This document shows, piece by piece, positions 52,776-62,039 of a DNA stretch of 64,000 bases. Under the pieces are notes generated by a model. It was not told where the DNA came from and did not search any database. It saw only the letters and a list, made by a program, of their open reading frames with translations. The position numbers and the translations under genes were made by a program. How positions within the stretch are numbered: the stretch's first letter is position 1; every line of letters begins with the position of its first letter. Where the stretch lies: contig CACMNP010000001.1 in assembly GCA_902615045.1 (NCBI GenBank), positions 117,705 to 181,704 of the forward strand, read 5' to 3'. Source of the stretch: an uncultured Pelagibacteraceae bacterium. Its GTDB lineage: Bacteria; Pseudomonadota; Alphaproteobacteria; Pelagibacterales; Pelagibacteraceae.

Positions 52776-53189
52776 TTAGATACTACTCATCTTCAAAATA
52801 ATTTTCCAGCATTTAGTGTCAATTGGCATGACAGACAGTCTGCTTTGTTTTATTAGTGCAATATCTTTTAAATCTTTATTTTTTTTAATGTTTTCAAGAG
52901 AAACTGGTGTTTTGAGTTTACTTTTATACCTAACTTTTACTGCTACAAATCGCTTTTCCTTATCTGTTGGGTCAATAAATGCTGTTTTAATCACTTCAAC
53001 AATTCCAACGATTTCTTTACCAATATTTGAATGGTAAAAAAAACAAAGATCACCCTTTTCCATTTTTTTCAAATTATTTGCTGCTTGATAATTTCTTACT
53101 CCATCCCAATTTGCACCTCTTTTACCAGTTTTAATCTGTTGATCTATTGACCATACATCTGGTTCTGATTTTAATAACCAATATTTCAT
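52776..53189 (-). CDS. EVE domain protein
   Basis: YWLLKSEP, WDGVRNYQA, FFYHS, RLSVMP. Confidence 0.95.
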   Translation of the reverse strand: MKYWLLKSEPDVWSIDQQIKTGKRGANWDGVRNYQAANNLKKMEKGDLCFFYHSNIGKEIVGIVEVIKTAFIDPTDKEKRFVAVKVRYKSKLKTPVSLENIKKNKDLKDIALIKQSRLSVMPIDTKCWKIILKMSSI

Positions 53190-53271
53190 ATCTAAATAAA
53201 ATTTTAAAAAGAATAACTATTTATAAAATATTTAAACAAATCCAATAGAATTATTGCTATAAATTCAACTA

Positions 53272-55449
53272 ATGAATAGTTATACATTTAAAGAGGCATT
53301 TAATTTTTATCAAAAAAGAGAATTTCTAGAATCTGAAAAGATATGTATAAAAATTTTAAAAGAGTCACCAAATAACTTTGAAGTCATTAATTTATATGCT
53401 GTTTTATTGTTTCAAAAAAAAAACTACAAAGAAGCTATAACTTTTTTTAATAAAGCAATCAAAATAAATCCTAGTAGACCAGATTTATACAACAACTTAT
53501 CAATAGCCCTATTTCAAGAAAAAAAATTTAAAGAGGCAATTATATCTTGGGATAATGCTACAAAAATAAAGCCGGATTATGCAGAGGCCTTTTTTAACAA
53601 AGGAAATGTTTATTCCATTATAAAAGATTACAAAAATTCAATAAAAAACTTTGAAGAAGCTATTAAAATAAAAAAAAATTACAAAGAAGCATTCAGCAAC
53701 TTAGGCAATGTTTATGTTGAAATGAAAGATTATGAAAGAGCATTAGAAAAGTTTAATCTTTCAACTCAAATCAGTCCTATAAACCCAATTGAATATAATA
53801 ATATTGGAAACATTTATTTTGAATTAAAAAATTTTAAAAAAGCATTAGAAAATTTTGATAAAGCTCTAAGTGTTGATACAAATTTTGCTTTATCATATTA
53901 CAACAAAGCTAAAACTTATAAAGAAATTAATCAGAATGAAAAAGCAGTAACTAATTATGAAAAGGCTATATCATTAAATAAAAACTTTTCAGAAGCTTAT
54001 AAAAATTTAGGAAACGTTTATCTAGATCTAAAAATTCTAGATAAATCAATTTATAATCATCAACAAGCAATAAATATTAATCCAAATATTAGTTTTCTTG
54101 AAGGGACAATACTTCAATCCAAATGTGGAATATGTGATTGGGAAAATTTCTCGGAAAATAAAAGTTTGTTAAAGAAAAATATTTTATCAGGAAAAAAATC
54201 ATCTAATCCTTTTTCAACTCTTTTGATATATGATTCACCTCATTTACATAAAAAGAGTTCAAAAATCTTTTTTGAAAGCGAGTACAATAAAAATAGTTTT
54301 AAAGAAATAATAAAAGAATTACCTAGCAATAAAAAAGTTCATATTGGTTATTATTCTTCAGATTTTCATAACCATGCAACAATGTATCTAATGGCAAACT
54401 TATTTGAACTGCATGATAGATCAAAGTTTCAAATCTATGCTTTTTCATTTGGGCAAGATGATAATTCAGAAATTAGGAATAGGGTTTCAAAGACTTTTGA
54501 TAAATTTTTAGATGTCAGATTAAAAACAGACGAACAAATAGTTGAGATGTCCAGGGAATTAAAAATTGATATCGCCGTTGACTTAAAGGGCTTTACGTTA
54601 AACAATAGATTTGGAATATTTGTTAAAAGATGTGCGCCTCTTCAAATAAGCTATCTTGGATATCCAGGAACATTGGCATCCGACTCAATTGATTATTTGG
54701 TAGCTGATAAAACATTAATACCTGACGAAAATAAAAAATTTTATTCTGAAAAAATTATATATATGCCAAATACATATCAAGTTAACGACTCAACACTTAA
54801 AGTTTCAGAAAAAAAATTTGAAAGAAAAGATCTAGGATTGCCCGAAAAAGGAATAGTTTTTTGCAGTTTTAATCAAAGTTACAAAATACTGCCAGATATG
54901 TTTAAAATTTGGACTCAAATAATAAAAAAGGTGGAGAATAGTGTATTGTGGCTAATGACAGATAATAAAATTACCGAAAAAAATTTAAAAAATGAATTTA
55001 TTAAAAATGATATTAAAGAAAACCGTTTAATTTTTGCAAGTAGGATGCATCATCGAGAACACTTGTCTAGGCTCAAACTTGCTGACATATTTTTAGACAC
55101 TTTTCCTTACAACGCACACACAACAGCAAGTGATGCTCTAAGAGTAGGAGTCCCAGTTGTGACATTAAAGGGCCAGTCTTTTGCGAGTAGAGTAGCTTCA
55201 AGTTTGTTAAATTGTCTAGATTTAAATGAATTAACAACCGATAACGAGAATGAATATCAAAAAGTAGCAATAAAACTGGCAGAAAATAATTCTCTTTTGC
55301 AAGAAATAAAAAGAAAAATTAACAGCAATATTTCAACTAAACCATTATTCGATACAAAATTGTTTACTCAGCATTTAGAAAAAGCCTATTTAACAGTAAT
55401 TCAAAGATTAAAAAAAAATAAAAGCTTGGATCACATTGAAATAAACTAA
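53272..55449 (+). CDS. TPR-containing O-GlcNAc transferase/SPINDLY-family glycosyltransferase (GT41)
   Basis: Multiple N-terminal TPRs; IGYYSSDFHNHAT, DIAVDLKG, APLQISYLGYPGT, FCSFNQSYKI, DIFLDTFPYNAHTTASDAL. Confidence 0.92.
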   Translation: MNSYTFKEAFNFYQKREFLESEKICIKILKESPNNFEVINLYAVLLFQKKNYKEAITFFNKAIKINPSRPDLYNNLSIALFQEKKFKEAIISWDNATKIKPDYAEAFFNKGNVYSIIKDYKNSIKNFEEAIKIKKNYKEAFSNLGNVYVEMKDYERALEKFNLSTQISPINPIEYNNIGNIYFELKNFKKALENFDKALSVDTNFALSYYNKAKTYKEINQNEKAVTNYEKAISLNKNFSEAYKNLGNVYLDLKILDKSIYNHQQAININPNISFLEGTILQSKCGICDWENFSENKSLLKKNILSGKKSSNPFSTLLIYDSPHLHKKSSKIFFESEYNKNSFKEIIKELPSNKKVHIGYYSSDFHNHATMYLMANLFELHDRSKFQIYAFSFGQDDNSEIRNRVSKTFDKFLDVRLKTDEQIVEMSRELKIDIAVDLKGFTLNNRFGIFVKRCAPLQISYLGYPGTLASDSIDYLVADKTLIPDENKKFYSEKIIYMPNTYQVNDSTLKVSEKKFERKDLGLPEKGIVFCSFNQSYKILPDMFKIWTQIIKKVENSVLWLMTDNKITEKNLKNEFIKNDIKENRLIFASRMHHREHLSRLKLADIFLDTFPYNAHTTASDALRVGVPVVTLKGQSFASRVASSLLNCLDLNELTTDNENEYQKVAIKLAENNSLLQEIKRKINSNISTKPLFDTKLFTQHLEKAYLTVIQRLKKNKSLDHIEIN

Positions 55450-55451
55450 TA

Positions 55452-57056
55452 ATGGAAATCTCAAATAAAGTTATATTAGCATTAAAATTTTTGATTTTTT
55501 TATTATTATTCTTTGCTTTATGGAATTCATTAATCATTGGAGGTTCGTGGGATGAACCATTTCACCACATTAATGGTGTTCTTCGTTTAAGGTATTTAAT
55601 CACTTTTGGTGATTATCAAAATTATCAATATGCAAATAACCAATTTTATCCTGGCACATATGATACGTTTAGTAGCACAATTAGTTTTCTAATTAATAAA
55701 TTTTATCCAGAATTCTTAAATAGAAATTTTTTTAATATTAAACACTTTATTAACTTTACATTTGCAGCACTTTCAATTTATGGACTTTTTAAATTTATTA
55801 AAGTGATTTCAAATAATGAATTATTGGCATTATTTTCTACTTTATTAACTATTCTCAATCCTTTCTTTTTTGGCCACATGGGAATAAATCCAAAAGATAC
55901 AATAATTTTTTTCGCATTAATTTGGTTTTTGTATTTTTTTTATAAATATATTTCAAAAAAAAGAGATATTAAAAATTTAATATACTTTTCATTGTTCATT
56001 GGTTTTGGCTGTGGGATAAGAATATCTTTTTTAGCAGTTATTTTTCCAGTGATAATTTTTGGAATAATTTATTACATACAAAGATTTCAAATTAATATTT
56101 TTGAATTCTTAAAAATAAAAGGTTTTGATATAATTTTAGGATTAATTTGTATTTTATTTCTACCATTTATTACTTGGCCACATATGCATGATGGAAATAT
56201 TAATATTATTCTACAAACACTTAAAAATTCAATATCTTGGCCAGGTGGTGCCAAACTTGTTTTAATTAATGGAAATTTTTTCGAGACATCTAATACTCCT
56301 AAAACTTATTTTTTAAGTTTTTTATTATTCAAGATGCCCATTTATCAATCGATTTTATTCTTCATATCGTTATTCTTAGTATTTCTTAAAAAAGAATTTT
56401 TTAAAAATAAAATAAAGGAATTCAATAAATTCTCATTTTTAATTTTATTTATTATTTTTTACACTGTATCTTTAACTATATTATTTAACGTCAAAATATA
56501 CGATGGTATAAGACTTTTTTTGTTCATAATTCCTTTTTTTTGTGTTCAATGTTCACTTACATTAATTTATGTGATTAATAATTTTAGAAAAAACTTTTCA
56601 AACTATATTTTCCTCACATTATTCATTTGTTTATACTTTATATCGACGTATAGGTTTATAATTTTAACTCCATATCAATATTCTTACATTAATTATAATT
56701 TTATTAAGTTAAGTTCCGCATCTGATAAATTTGAACATGACTATTGGAATACTTCTTGGAAAGAATTAATAAAAGATTTGCCAGATACAATTGAAGGAAA
56801 ACAACCAAAAAATTTCAATATTGGTGTTTGTGGTGGTGATCCTAATGTTGCAGCTCATTACTTGTCTCAAAGATATAAAAAATTTAAAGTTACAAATGCC
56901 TCAGATGCCCACTATTTAATTATGACTAATAAAGCAAGTTTTAATAAAAATGATAAAAGAACGTGCTTTGATATATATAAGGGAAAAGATTTTTATTTTG
57001 TAAAAAGAGGAAATTTAATTTTATCTAAATTTACAAAAATAAAAGAAATTGATTAA
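55452..57056 (+). CDS. Polytopic membrane glycosyltransferase, GT-C fold (ArnT/PMT-like)
   Basis: WDE motif after the first TM, P.FFGH..INPKD, YDGIRLFLF, DYW; many TM helices. Confidence 0.78.
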   Translation: MEISNKVILALKFLIFLLLFFALWNSLIIGGSWDEPFHHINGVLRLRYLITFGDYQNYQYANNQFYPGTYDTFSSTISFLINKFYPEFLNRNFFNIKHFINFTFAALSIYGLFKFIKVISNNELLALFSTLLTILNPFFFGHMGINPKDTIIFFALIWFLYFFYKYISKKRDIKNLIYFSLFIGFGCGIRISFLAVIFPVIIFGIIYYIQRFQINIFEFLKIKGFDIILGLICILFLPFITWPHMHDGNINIILQTLKNSISWPGGAKLVLINGNFFETSNTPKTYFLSFLLFKMPIYQSILFFISLFLVFLKKEFFKNKIKEFNKFSFLILFIIFYTVSLTILFNVKIYDGIRLFLFIIPFFCVQCSLTLIYVINNFRKNFSNYIFLTLFICLYFISTYRFIILTPYQYSYINYNFIKLSSASDKFEHDYWNTSWKELIKDLPDTIEGKQPKNFNIGVCGGDPNVAAHYLSQRYKKFKVTNASDAHYLIMTNKASFNKNDKRTCFDIYKGKDFYFVKRGNLILSKFTKIKEID

Positions 57057-57068
57057 TAAATTGCTTTG

Positions 57069-58139
57069 CTAAATCTTAACGCCAGAACCTTTTAAAAAAG
57101 TCGCATTTTTATCCAAAGCTAATCTTGGGTTTGCTTCTAAATCCATATTATCAAATTTTTTTAATTTATATTTTTCTATTCCAACCAACCCAATCATAGC
57201 TGCATTATCACCACATAAATTAATATCTGGAAAAATTGCTTCAAAATCGTTCTCGTTACTCAATTGAATTAGTTTTTTTCTTATTCCTTTGTTTGCCGCA
57301 ACTCCTCCTGCAATGACAAAATATTTTTTACCAATAGAGTTTTTTAAAAACTCTTTAAAAGCAATTTTAGATTTAATATATAATATTTCTTCAATAGTTT
57401 TTTGAAAAGAGGCTGCTAAATCATATTTTTCTTGTTCTGAATTTATATTTTTCGATATTTTTAATATCGCAGTTTTAAGTCCAGCAAAAGATAAATTGCA
57501 TCCACCTTTATTTATTATTGGTTTAGGTAATTTAAATTTATTTGGATCACCTTTTTCTGCAAATTTTTCTAACTTAGGACCACCTGGAAATTCTATTCCT
57601 AAAAGTTTTGCAGTTTTATCGAATGCTTCTCCTAGAGCATCATCAATTGTAGTTCCTAATCTTTTATAATTACCCAATCCATTCACACTTAAAAATTGAC
57701 TATGTCCTCCTGAAATCAGCAGAAGTAAATAAGGATAACTAATATTAGTATGAAGCTTTGGACTTAGAGCATGACCCTCTAGATGATTAACACCAATAAA
57801 CGGAACATTTAAAGATGATGCAAGCGATTTTGCAAAATTTAAACCAACACTAAGACATATTATTAATCCAGGTCCAGATGTTGCTGCAACAGCTGATACT
57901 TTATCAAGGCTTATTCCACTTTCTTCTAAAGCTTTTTTTGCAATTAAATTAATTTTTTCAACATGTGACCTTGCTGCTAATTCTGGCACAACCCCTCCAA
58001 ATTCTTTATGAATGTCAAATTGACTTGAAACTATATTTGATAAAATTTTTGGTATACCACTCTCGTTATCTTGAATAATTGAAACTGATGTTTCATCACA
58101 ACTTGTCTCAATTCCTAATATTATTGGGCTTTTATTCAT
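57069..58139 (-). CDS. tsaD: tRNA threonylcarbamoyltransferase
   Basis: LGIETSCDET, GGVVPELAARSH, HLEGH, SGGHS, DDALGEAFDK, DNAAMI. Confidence 0.97.
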   Translation of the reverse strand: MNKSPIILGIETSCDETSVSIIQDNESGIPKILSNIVSSQFDIHKEFGGVVPELAARSHVEKINLIAKKALEESGISLDKVSAVAATSGPGLIICLSVGLNFAKSLASSLNVPFIGVNHLEGHALSPKLHTNISYPYLLLLISGGHSQFLSVNGLGNYKRLGTTIDDALGEAFDKTAKLLGIEFPGGPKLEKFAEKGDPNKFKLPKPIINKGGCNLSFAGLKTAILKISKNINSEQEKYDLAASFQKTIEEILYIKSKIAFKEFLKNSIGKKYFVIAGGVAANKGIRKKLIQLSNENDFEAIFPDINLCGDNAAMIGLVGIEKYKLKKFDNMDLEANPRLALDKNATFLKGSGVKI

Positions 58140-58197
58140 AAATTATTTTTTATAATTAATACAATTAATCTATAAGAATGTAATAAAAATAACTTTT

Positions 58198-59109
58198 ATG
58201 AAAAGAGCTAATCTTGTAATTGGGACTCGCGGAAGTAAGTTAGCAATGATTTACGCAGAAAATGTGAAAAAAGAGCTAAAAAAATATTATTCTAAAGAGA
58301 TTGAATTAAAAAAAATAGTAACAACAGGAGATCAAAAGCAAGATGAGAGACTATCTGAAATAGGAGGCAAAGGATTATTTTCGAAACAAATTGAAAAAGA
58401 TTTATTAAATAAAAATATAGATATTGCAGTACATGCCTTTAAAGATATGCCTACTGAAGAAACCGAAAATCTTATAACTAATAATTTTTTAAAAAGAAAT
58501 TCTCCTAATGAAATTTTAATAAGTAAAAATAATATAAAGTTTGATGATTTAGAGCCAAACTCAATTATTGGCACATCATCATATCGACGAGAATATCAAC
58601 TTAAGAAAAAAAGGCTCAACTTAAAATATAAACTTATCAGAGGAAATGTTGATACTAGAGTTCAAAAGTTAGAAAACGGTGAATATGATGCAATAATTCT
58701 TTCAAAAGCAGGAGTAGATGCTTTAAATTTACAACATAAAATTTCACAAGAATTCAGTGTTAATGAACTTATACCTTGTGCAGGCCAAGGGATTATAGCA
58801 ATTCAATGCAGAGAAGATGATAATGAAATTAAAAAATTACTTGAAAACATTAATGATGAAGAAACAAGAATTGAAGCAAAAGCAGAAAGAGAGGTCTTAA
58901 AAGTTCTTGAAGGAGACTGTGATACCGCAGTAGGTGTATTTGCAAAATCAAATGGCAAAAAAGTAGATCTATTGACTGAATTGTTTTCTGTAGATGGAAA
59001 AAATAGATATTTCATAAAAAAAAGTTTTCAAAAAGATAAAATAGAATCTACTAGTAGAATGGTAGGAGAAGAGCTTAAATTAAAATCAAAAGGTTCTTAT
59101 AAAAATTAA
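58198..59109 (+). CDS. hemC: Hydroxymethylbilane synthase
   Basis: GTRGSKLA, GGKGLF, GTSS.RR, RGNVDTR, GQG, LEGDC. Confidence 0.96.
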   Translation: MKRANLVIGTRGSKLAMIYAENVKKELKKYYSKEIELKKIVTTGDQKQDERLSEIGGKGLFSKQIEKDLLNKNIDIAVHAFKDMPTEETENLITNNFLKRNSPNEILISKNNIKFDDLEPNSIIGTSSYRREYQLKKKRLNLKYKLIRGNVDTRVQKLENGEYDAIILSKAGVDALNLQHKISQEFSVNELIPCAGQGIIAIQCREDDNEIKKLLENINDEETRIEAKAEREVLKVLEGDCDTAVGVFAKSNGKKVDLLTELFSVDGKNRYFIKKSFQKDKIESTSRMVGEELKLKSKGSYKN

Positions 59110-59110
59110 A

Positions 59111-59809
59111 ATGCATATTTTATTAACTAGACCATTAGATGATAGCAAAGAATTAATTTTAAAATTTACTTCGATGAAACATAAAGTTTCTCATTTACCT
59201 TTATTACAAATAAAAAAAATAGAAACACAAGATATAGATTTTGGCCAATTCAAAGGTGTCATTTTCACAAGCGCTAATTCTTTAAAAAATCTAAATATTT
59301 CAAAAATAGATAAAAAAATAATTTGTTTTTGTGTTGGTCTTGCAACAGAAAGAAAGGCAAAAGAATTAGGCTTTCAAAATATTTTCTGCGCCGAAGGTAA
59401 CGTAAATAATCTTAAAGAATTAATTTTACAAAACTTTGACCCAAAGATTGGACCAATGGCCTACATTAGTGGAGAAATTGTTTCTTATAACCTTGATAAA
59501 GATTTAATTTCGGAAAATTATGTCATAAAGAGAATTATAAATTATACTGCAATACCCAATGAAAATTTAAGTGATGACTTTCTTAGAGATATCAAATCTT
59601 CTGTGCCAGAAATTGTTTACATATATTCCGAAAATAGTGCGAAGACATTTTTTAGGTTAATAAAAAAATATAATTTAGATAATATTTGGATGGAAACTAA
59701 CTTAATGTGTATGGGCGAAAAAGCATCATCAGCATTGAATGACATAAAATGGAAAAAAATTTTTCTTTTTAACCCTGGTGAAGAGGAGTTTTTGCTATAT
59801 AAAATTTAA
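59111..59809 (+). CDS. hemD: Uroporphyrinogen-III synthase
   Basis: ILLTRP, IFTSANS, CVG.AT; follows hemC. Confidence 0.9.
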   Translation: MHILLTRPLDDSKELILKFTSMKHKVSHLPLLQIKKIETQDIDFGQFKGVIFTSANSLKNLNISKIDKKIICFCVGLATERKAKELGFQNIFCAEGNVNNLKELILQNFDPKIGPMAYISGEIVSYNLDKDLISENYVIKRIINYTAIPNENLSDDFLRDIKSSVPEIVYIYSENSAKTFFRLIKKYNLDNIWMETNLMCMGEKASSALNDIKWKKIFLFNPGEEEFLLYKI

Positions 59810-59811
59810 AA

Positions 59812-60897
59812 ATGGACGTTTTAAATAAACTAAATGAGTTATTTTTATCTGTTTGGAAGCAGGGAATTCTTGGGGTAGATTTCTTTCAGATAATAGTAGG
59901 CCTTTCAATATTTGTATTATTTTTAATATTTAGAGGTCTAATCAGCAAACTTGTAATAAAAAAATTGGAATTAATTTCAAAAAGAACAACCAATAAATTA
60001 GATGATACTTTTGTAAAATCTATGGAAGGTCCTGCAAGGTTTCTTCCAATTGTTCTTGGTGTATTTTTTGCCAGTTACTATATGTCATTTGATAATGAAA
60101 CTAGAGGTTTCATTGATAACGTTAACAGAACTTTAATTACAATTTTAATATTTTGGATAATACATCAGATAATTGAGCCAATATCTTATATTTTAAGTGG
60201 ATTAGATAAAGTTTTGACAAAAGAATTAATAGGCTGGATTATAAAGTCTCTTAAAATCTTAATTTTTATTTTAGGAGCAGCTGCTGTTCTTGAGTTATGG
60301 GGAATTAAAATTGGACCAATTATTGCAGGTTTAGGTTTATTTGGAGTAGCAGTAGCATTAGGCGCTCAGGATTTATTTAAAAATTTAATCTCCGGAATTT
60401 TAGTTTTAGTTGAAAAAAGATTTAGAATTGGTGATTGGATTAAAGTTGAGGGAGTTATCGAAGGGGTTGTTGAGAACATTGGATTCAGATCAACTGTTAT
60501 AAGAAAATTTGACAAATCGCTGGCAATTATTCCTAATTTTCAATTTGCAGAAAATGCAGTGATTAATAACACAAGAAAGACTAACTGGGCTATTAGTTGG
60601 ATAATAACTCTTCAATATGACACCACTATTGATCAATTAAAAACAATAAGAGACGAAATTGAAGATCACATAAATAAAGGTGACGATTATGATCAATCTG
60701 TAGGAGTCGCCGTGAGAATAGATAAGTTCTCAGATAGCTCCATTGATATGTATGTTAGATGTTTTACAAAAACAAATAGTTGGACTAATTATTTACAAGT
60801 AAAAGAAAATTTGGCACTTGAAATAAAAAAAATTGTTGAAGGTAAGGGAGCTGCTTTCGCATTCCCAAGTCAGTCCATCTATGTTGAAAAAAAATGA
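59812..60897 (+). CDS. mscS: Small-conductance mechanosensitive channel family
   Basis: AGLGLFGVAVALGAQD, F.IGDWI, G.VE.IGFRST, IPN, FAFPSQ. Confidence 0.92.
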   Translation: MDVLNKLNELFLSVWKQGILGVDFFQIIVGLSIFVLFLIFRGLISKLVIKKLELISKRTTNKLDDTFVKSMEGPARFLPIVLGVFFASYYMSFDNETRGFIDNVNRTLITILIFWIIHQIIEPISYILSGLDKVLTKELIGWIIKSLKILIFILGAAAVLELWGIKIGPIIAGLGLFGVAVALGAQDLFKNLISGILVLVEKRFRIGDWIKVEGVIEGVVENIGFRSTVIRKFDKSLAIIPNFQFAENAVINNTRKTNWAISWIITLQYDTTIDQLKTIRDEIEDHINKGDDYDQSVGVAVRIDKFSDSSIDMYVRCFTKTNSWTNYLQVKENLALEIKKIVEGKGAAFAFPSQSIYVEKK

Positions 60898-61184
60898 TCG
60901 CTATATTTTATTTAGCACTTCAAATTTTGAAACTTTATTCATATGTTGTCATTGCTAATGTAGTCATAAGTTGGTTAGTTGCTTTTAATATATTAAATAC
61001 AAGTAATCGGTTTGTATATTTAATATTAGACTTCACTTATAAAATGACAGAACCAATTTTAATGAGAATTAGAAGATTTTTACCTAACCTTGGAGCTTTT
61101 GATATTTCACCTATAGTACTTCTTTTGTTGATATGGTTCATAGAAATGTGTATGAAGCTCTACATTGCACCACTAATATTTTAA
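60894..61184 (+). CDS. yggT: YggT family membrane protein
   Basis: ISWLVAFNILN, TEP.L..IRRFLP.LG..DISP. Confidence 0.92.
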   Translation: MIAIFYLALQILKLYSYVVIANVVISWLVAFNILNTSNRFVYLILDFTYKMTEPILMRIRRFLPNLGAFDISPIVLLLLIWFIEMCMKLYIAPLIF

Positions 61185-61187
61185 TAT

Positions 61188-62033
61188 ATGATTTTAATTG
61201 ATGGGAAAAAAGCTGCTGCTGATCTAAGAGAAGAGCTTAAGAAAGAAGTCTTATCATTAAAAGATAAGCACAACAAAGTGCCAGGCTTAACAGTAATATT
61301 GATTGGTGATTTAGCACCTAGCCAAATTTATGTTAGAAATAAAGAGAAATCTGCAAATGAAGTAGGTCTTAAATCAGAGGTGATCAGATACCCTGACAGT
61401 GTTGAAGAAAGTGAAGTCTTAAAAAAAATTGATGAACTTAACAATGACGATTCTGTTTCAGGAATTTTAGTTCAGCTACCACTTCCAAAACATATTGATA
61501 AACAAAAAGTTATAGAGGCAATTTTGCCAGAGAAAGATGTAGACGGATTTCATCCCATGAATGTTGGTAATCTGTCTTCAGGTTATGAAAGTTCTATTCC
61601 ATGCACTCCTTTAGGTTGTTATCTTTTAATAAAAAAAATTGAACCAAACCTTAATGGAAAAAAAGCTGTAATTGTTGGAAGATCAAATTTAAATGGTAAA
61701 CCAATGACACAGTTGTTGTTGAAAGAAAATTGCACAGTTACAATTACTCACTCAAAAACAAATGATCTTAAGGGCGAATGTTTAAAAGGCGACATTATAG
61801 TTGCTGCTGTTGGAATCCCTGAGCTTGTAAAAGGAGATTGGGTGAAAAAAGACGCAATTGTGATTGATGTTGGTATTAATAAAACTGAAAATGGCTTAGT
61901 TGGAGATGTAGCATTTGATGAAGTATCAAAAGTTGCAAAAGCTTTAACTCCAGTTCCAGGTGGAGTAGGACCTATGACTATTGCATGTTTACTTAAAAAT
62001 ACGATCGAGTGTTTTAAGAGAGCAAATAAATAA
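61188..62033 (+). CDS. folD: Methylenetetrahydrofolate dehydrogenase/cyclohydrolase
   Basis: YVRNK, GILVQLPLP, KDVDGF, PCTP.G, TPVPGGVGPMTIA. Confidence 0.98.
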   Translation: MILIDGKKAAADLREELKKEVLSLKDKHNKVPGLTVILIGDLAPSQIYVRNKEKSANEVGLKSEVIRYPDSVEESEVLKKIDELNNDDSVSGILVQLPLPKHIDKQKVIEAILPEKDVDGFHPMNVGNLSSGYESSIPCTPLGCYLLIKKIEPNLNGKKAVIVGRSNLNGKPMTQLLLKENCTVTITHSKTNDLKGECLKGDIIVAAVGIPELVKGDWVKKDAIVIDVGINKTENGLVGDVAFDEVSKVAKALTPVPGGVGPMTIACLLKNTIECFKRANK

Positions 62034-62039
62034 ATTTTG

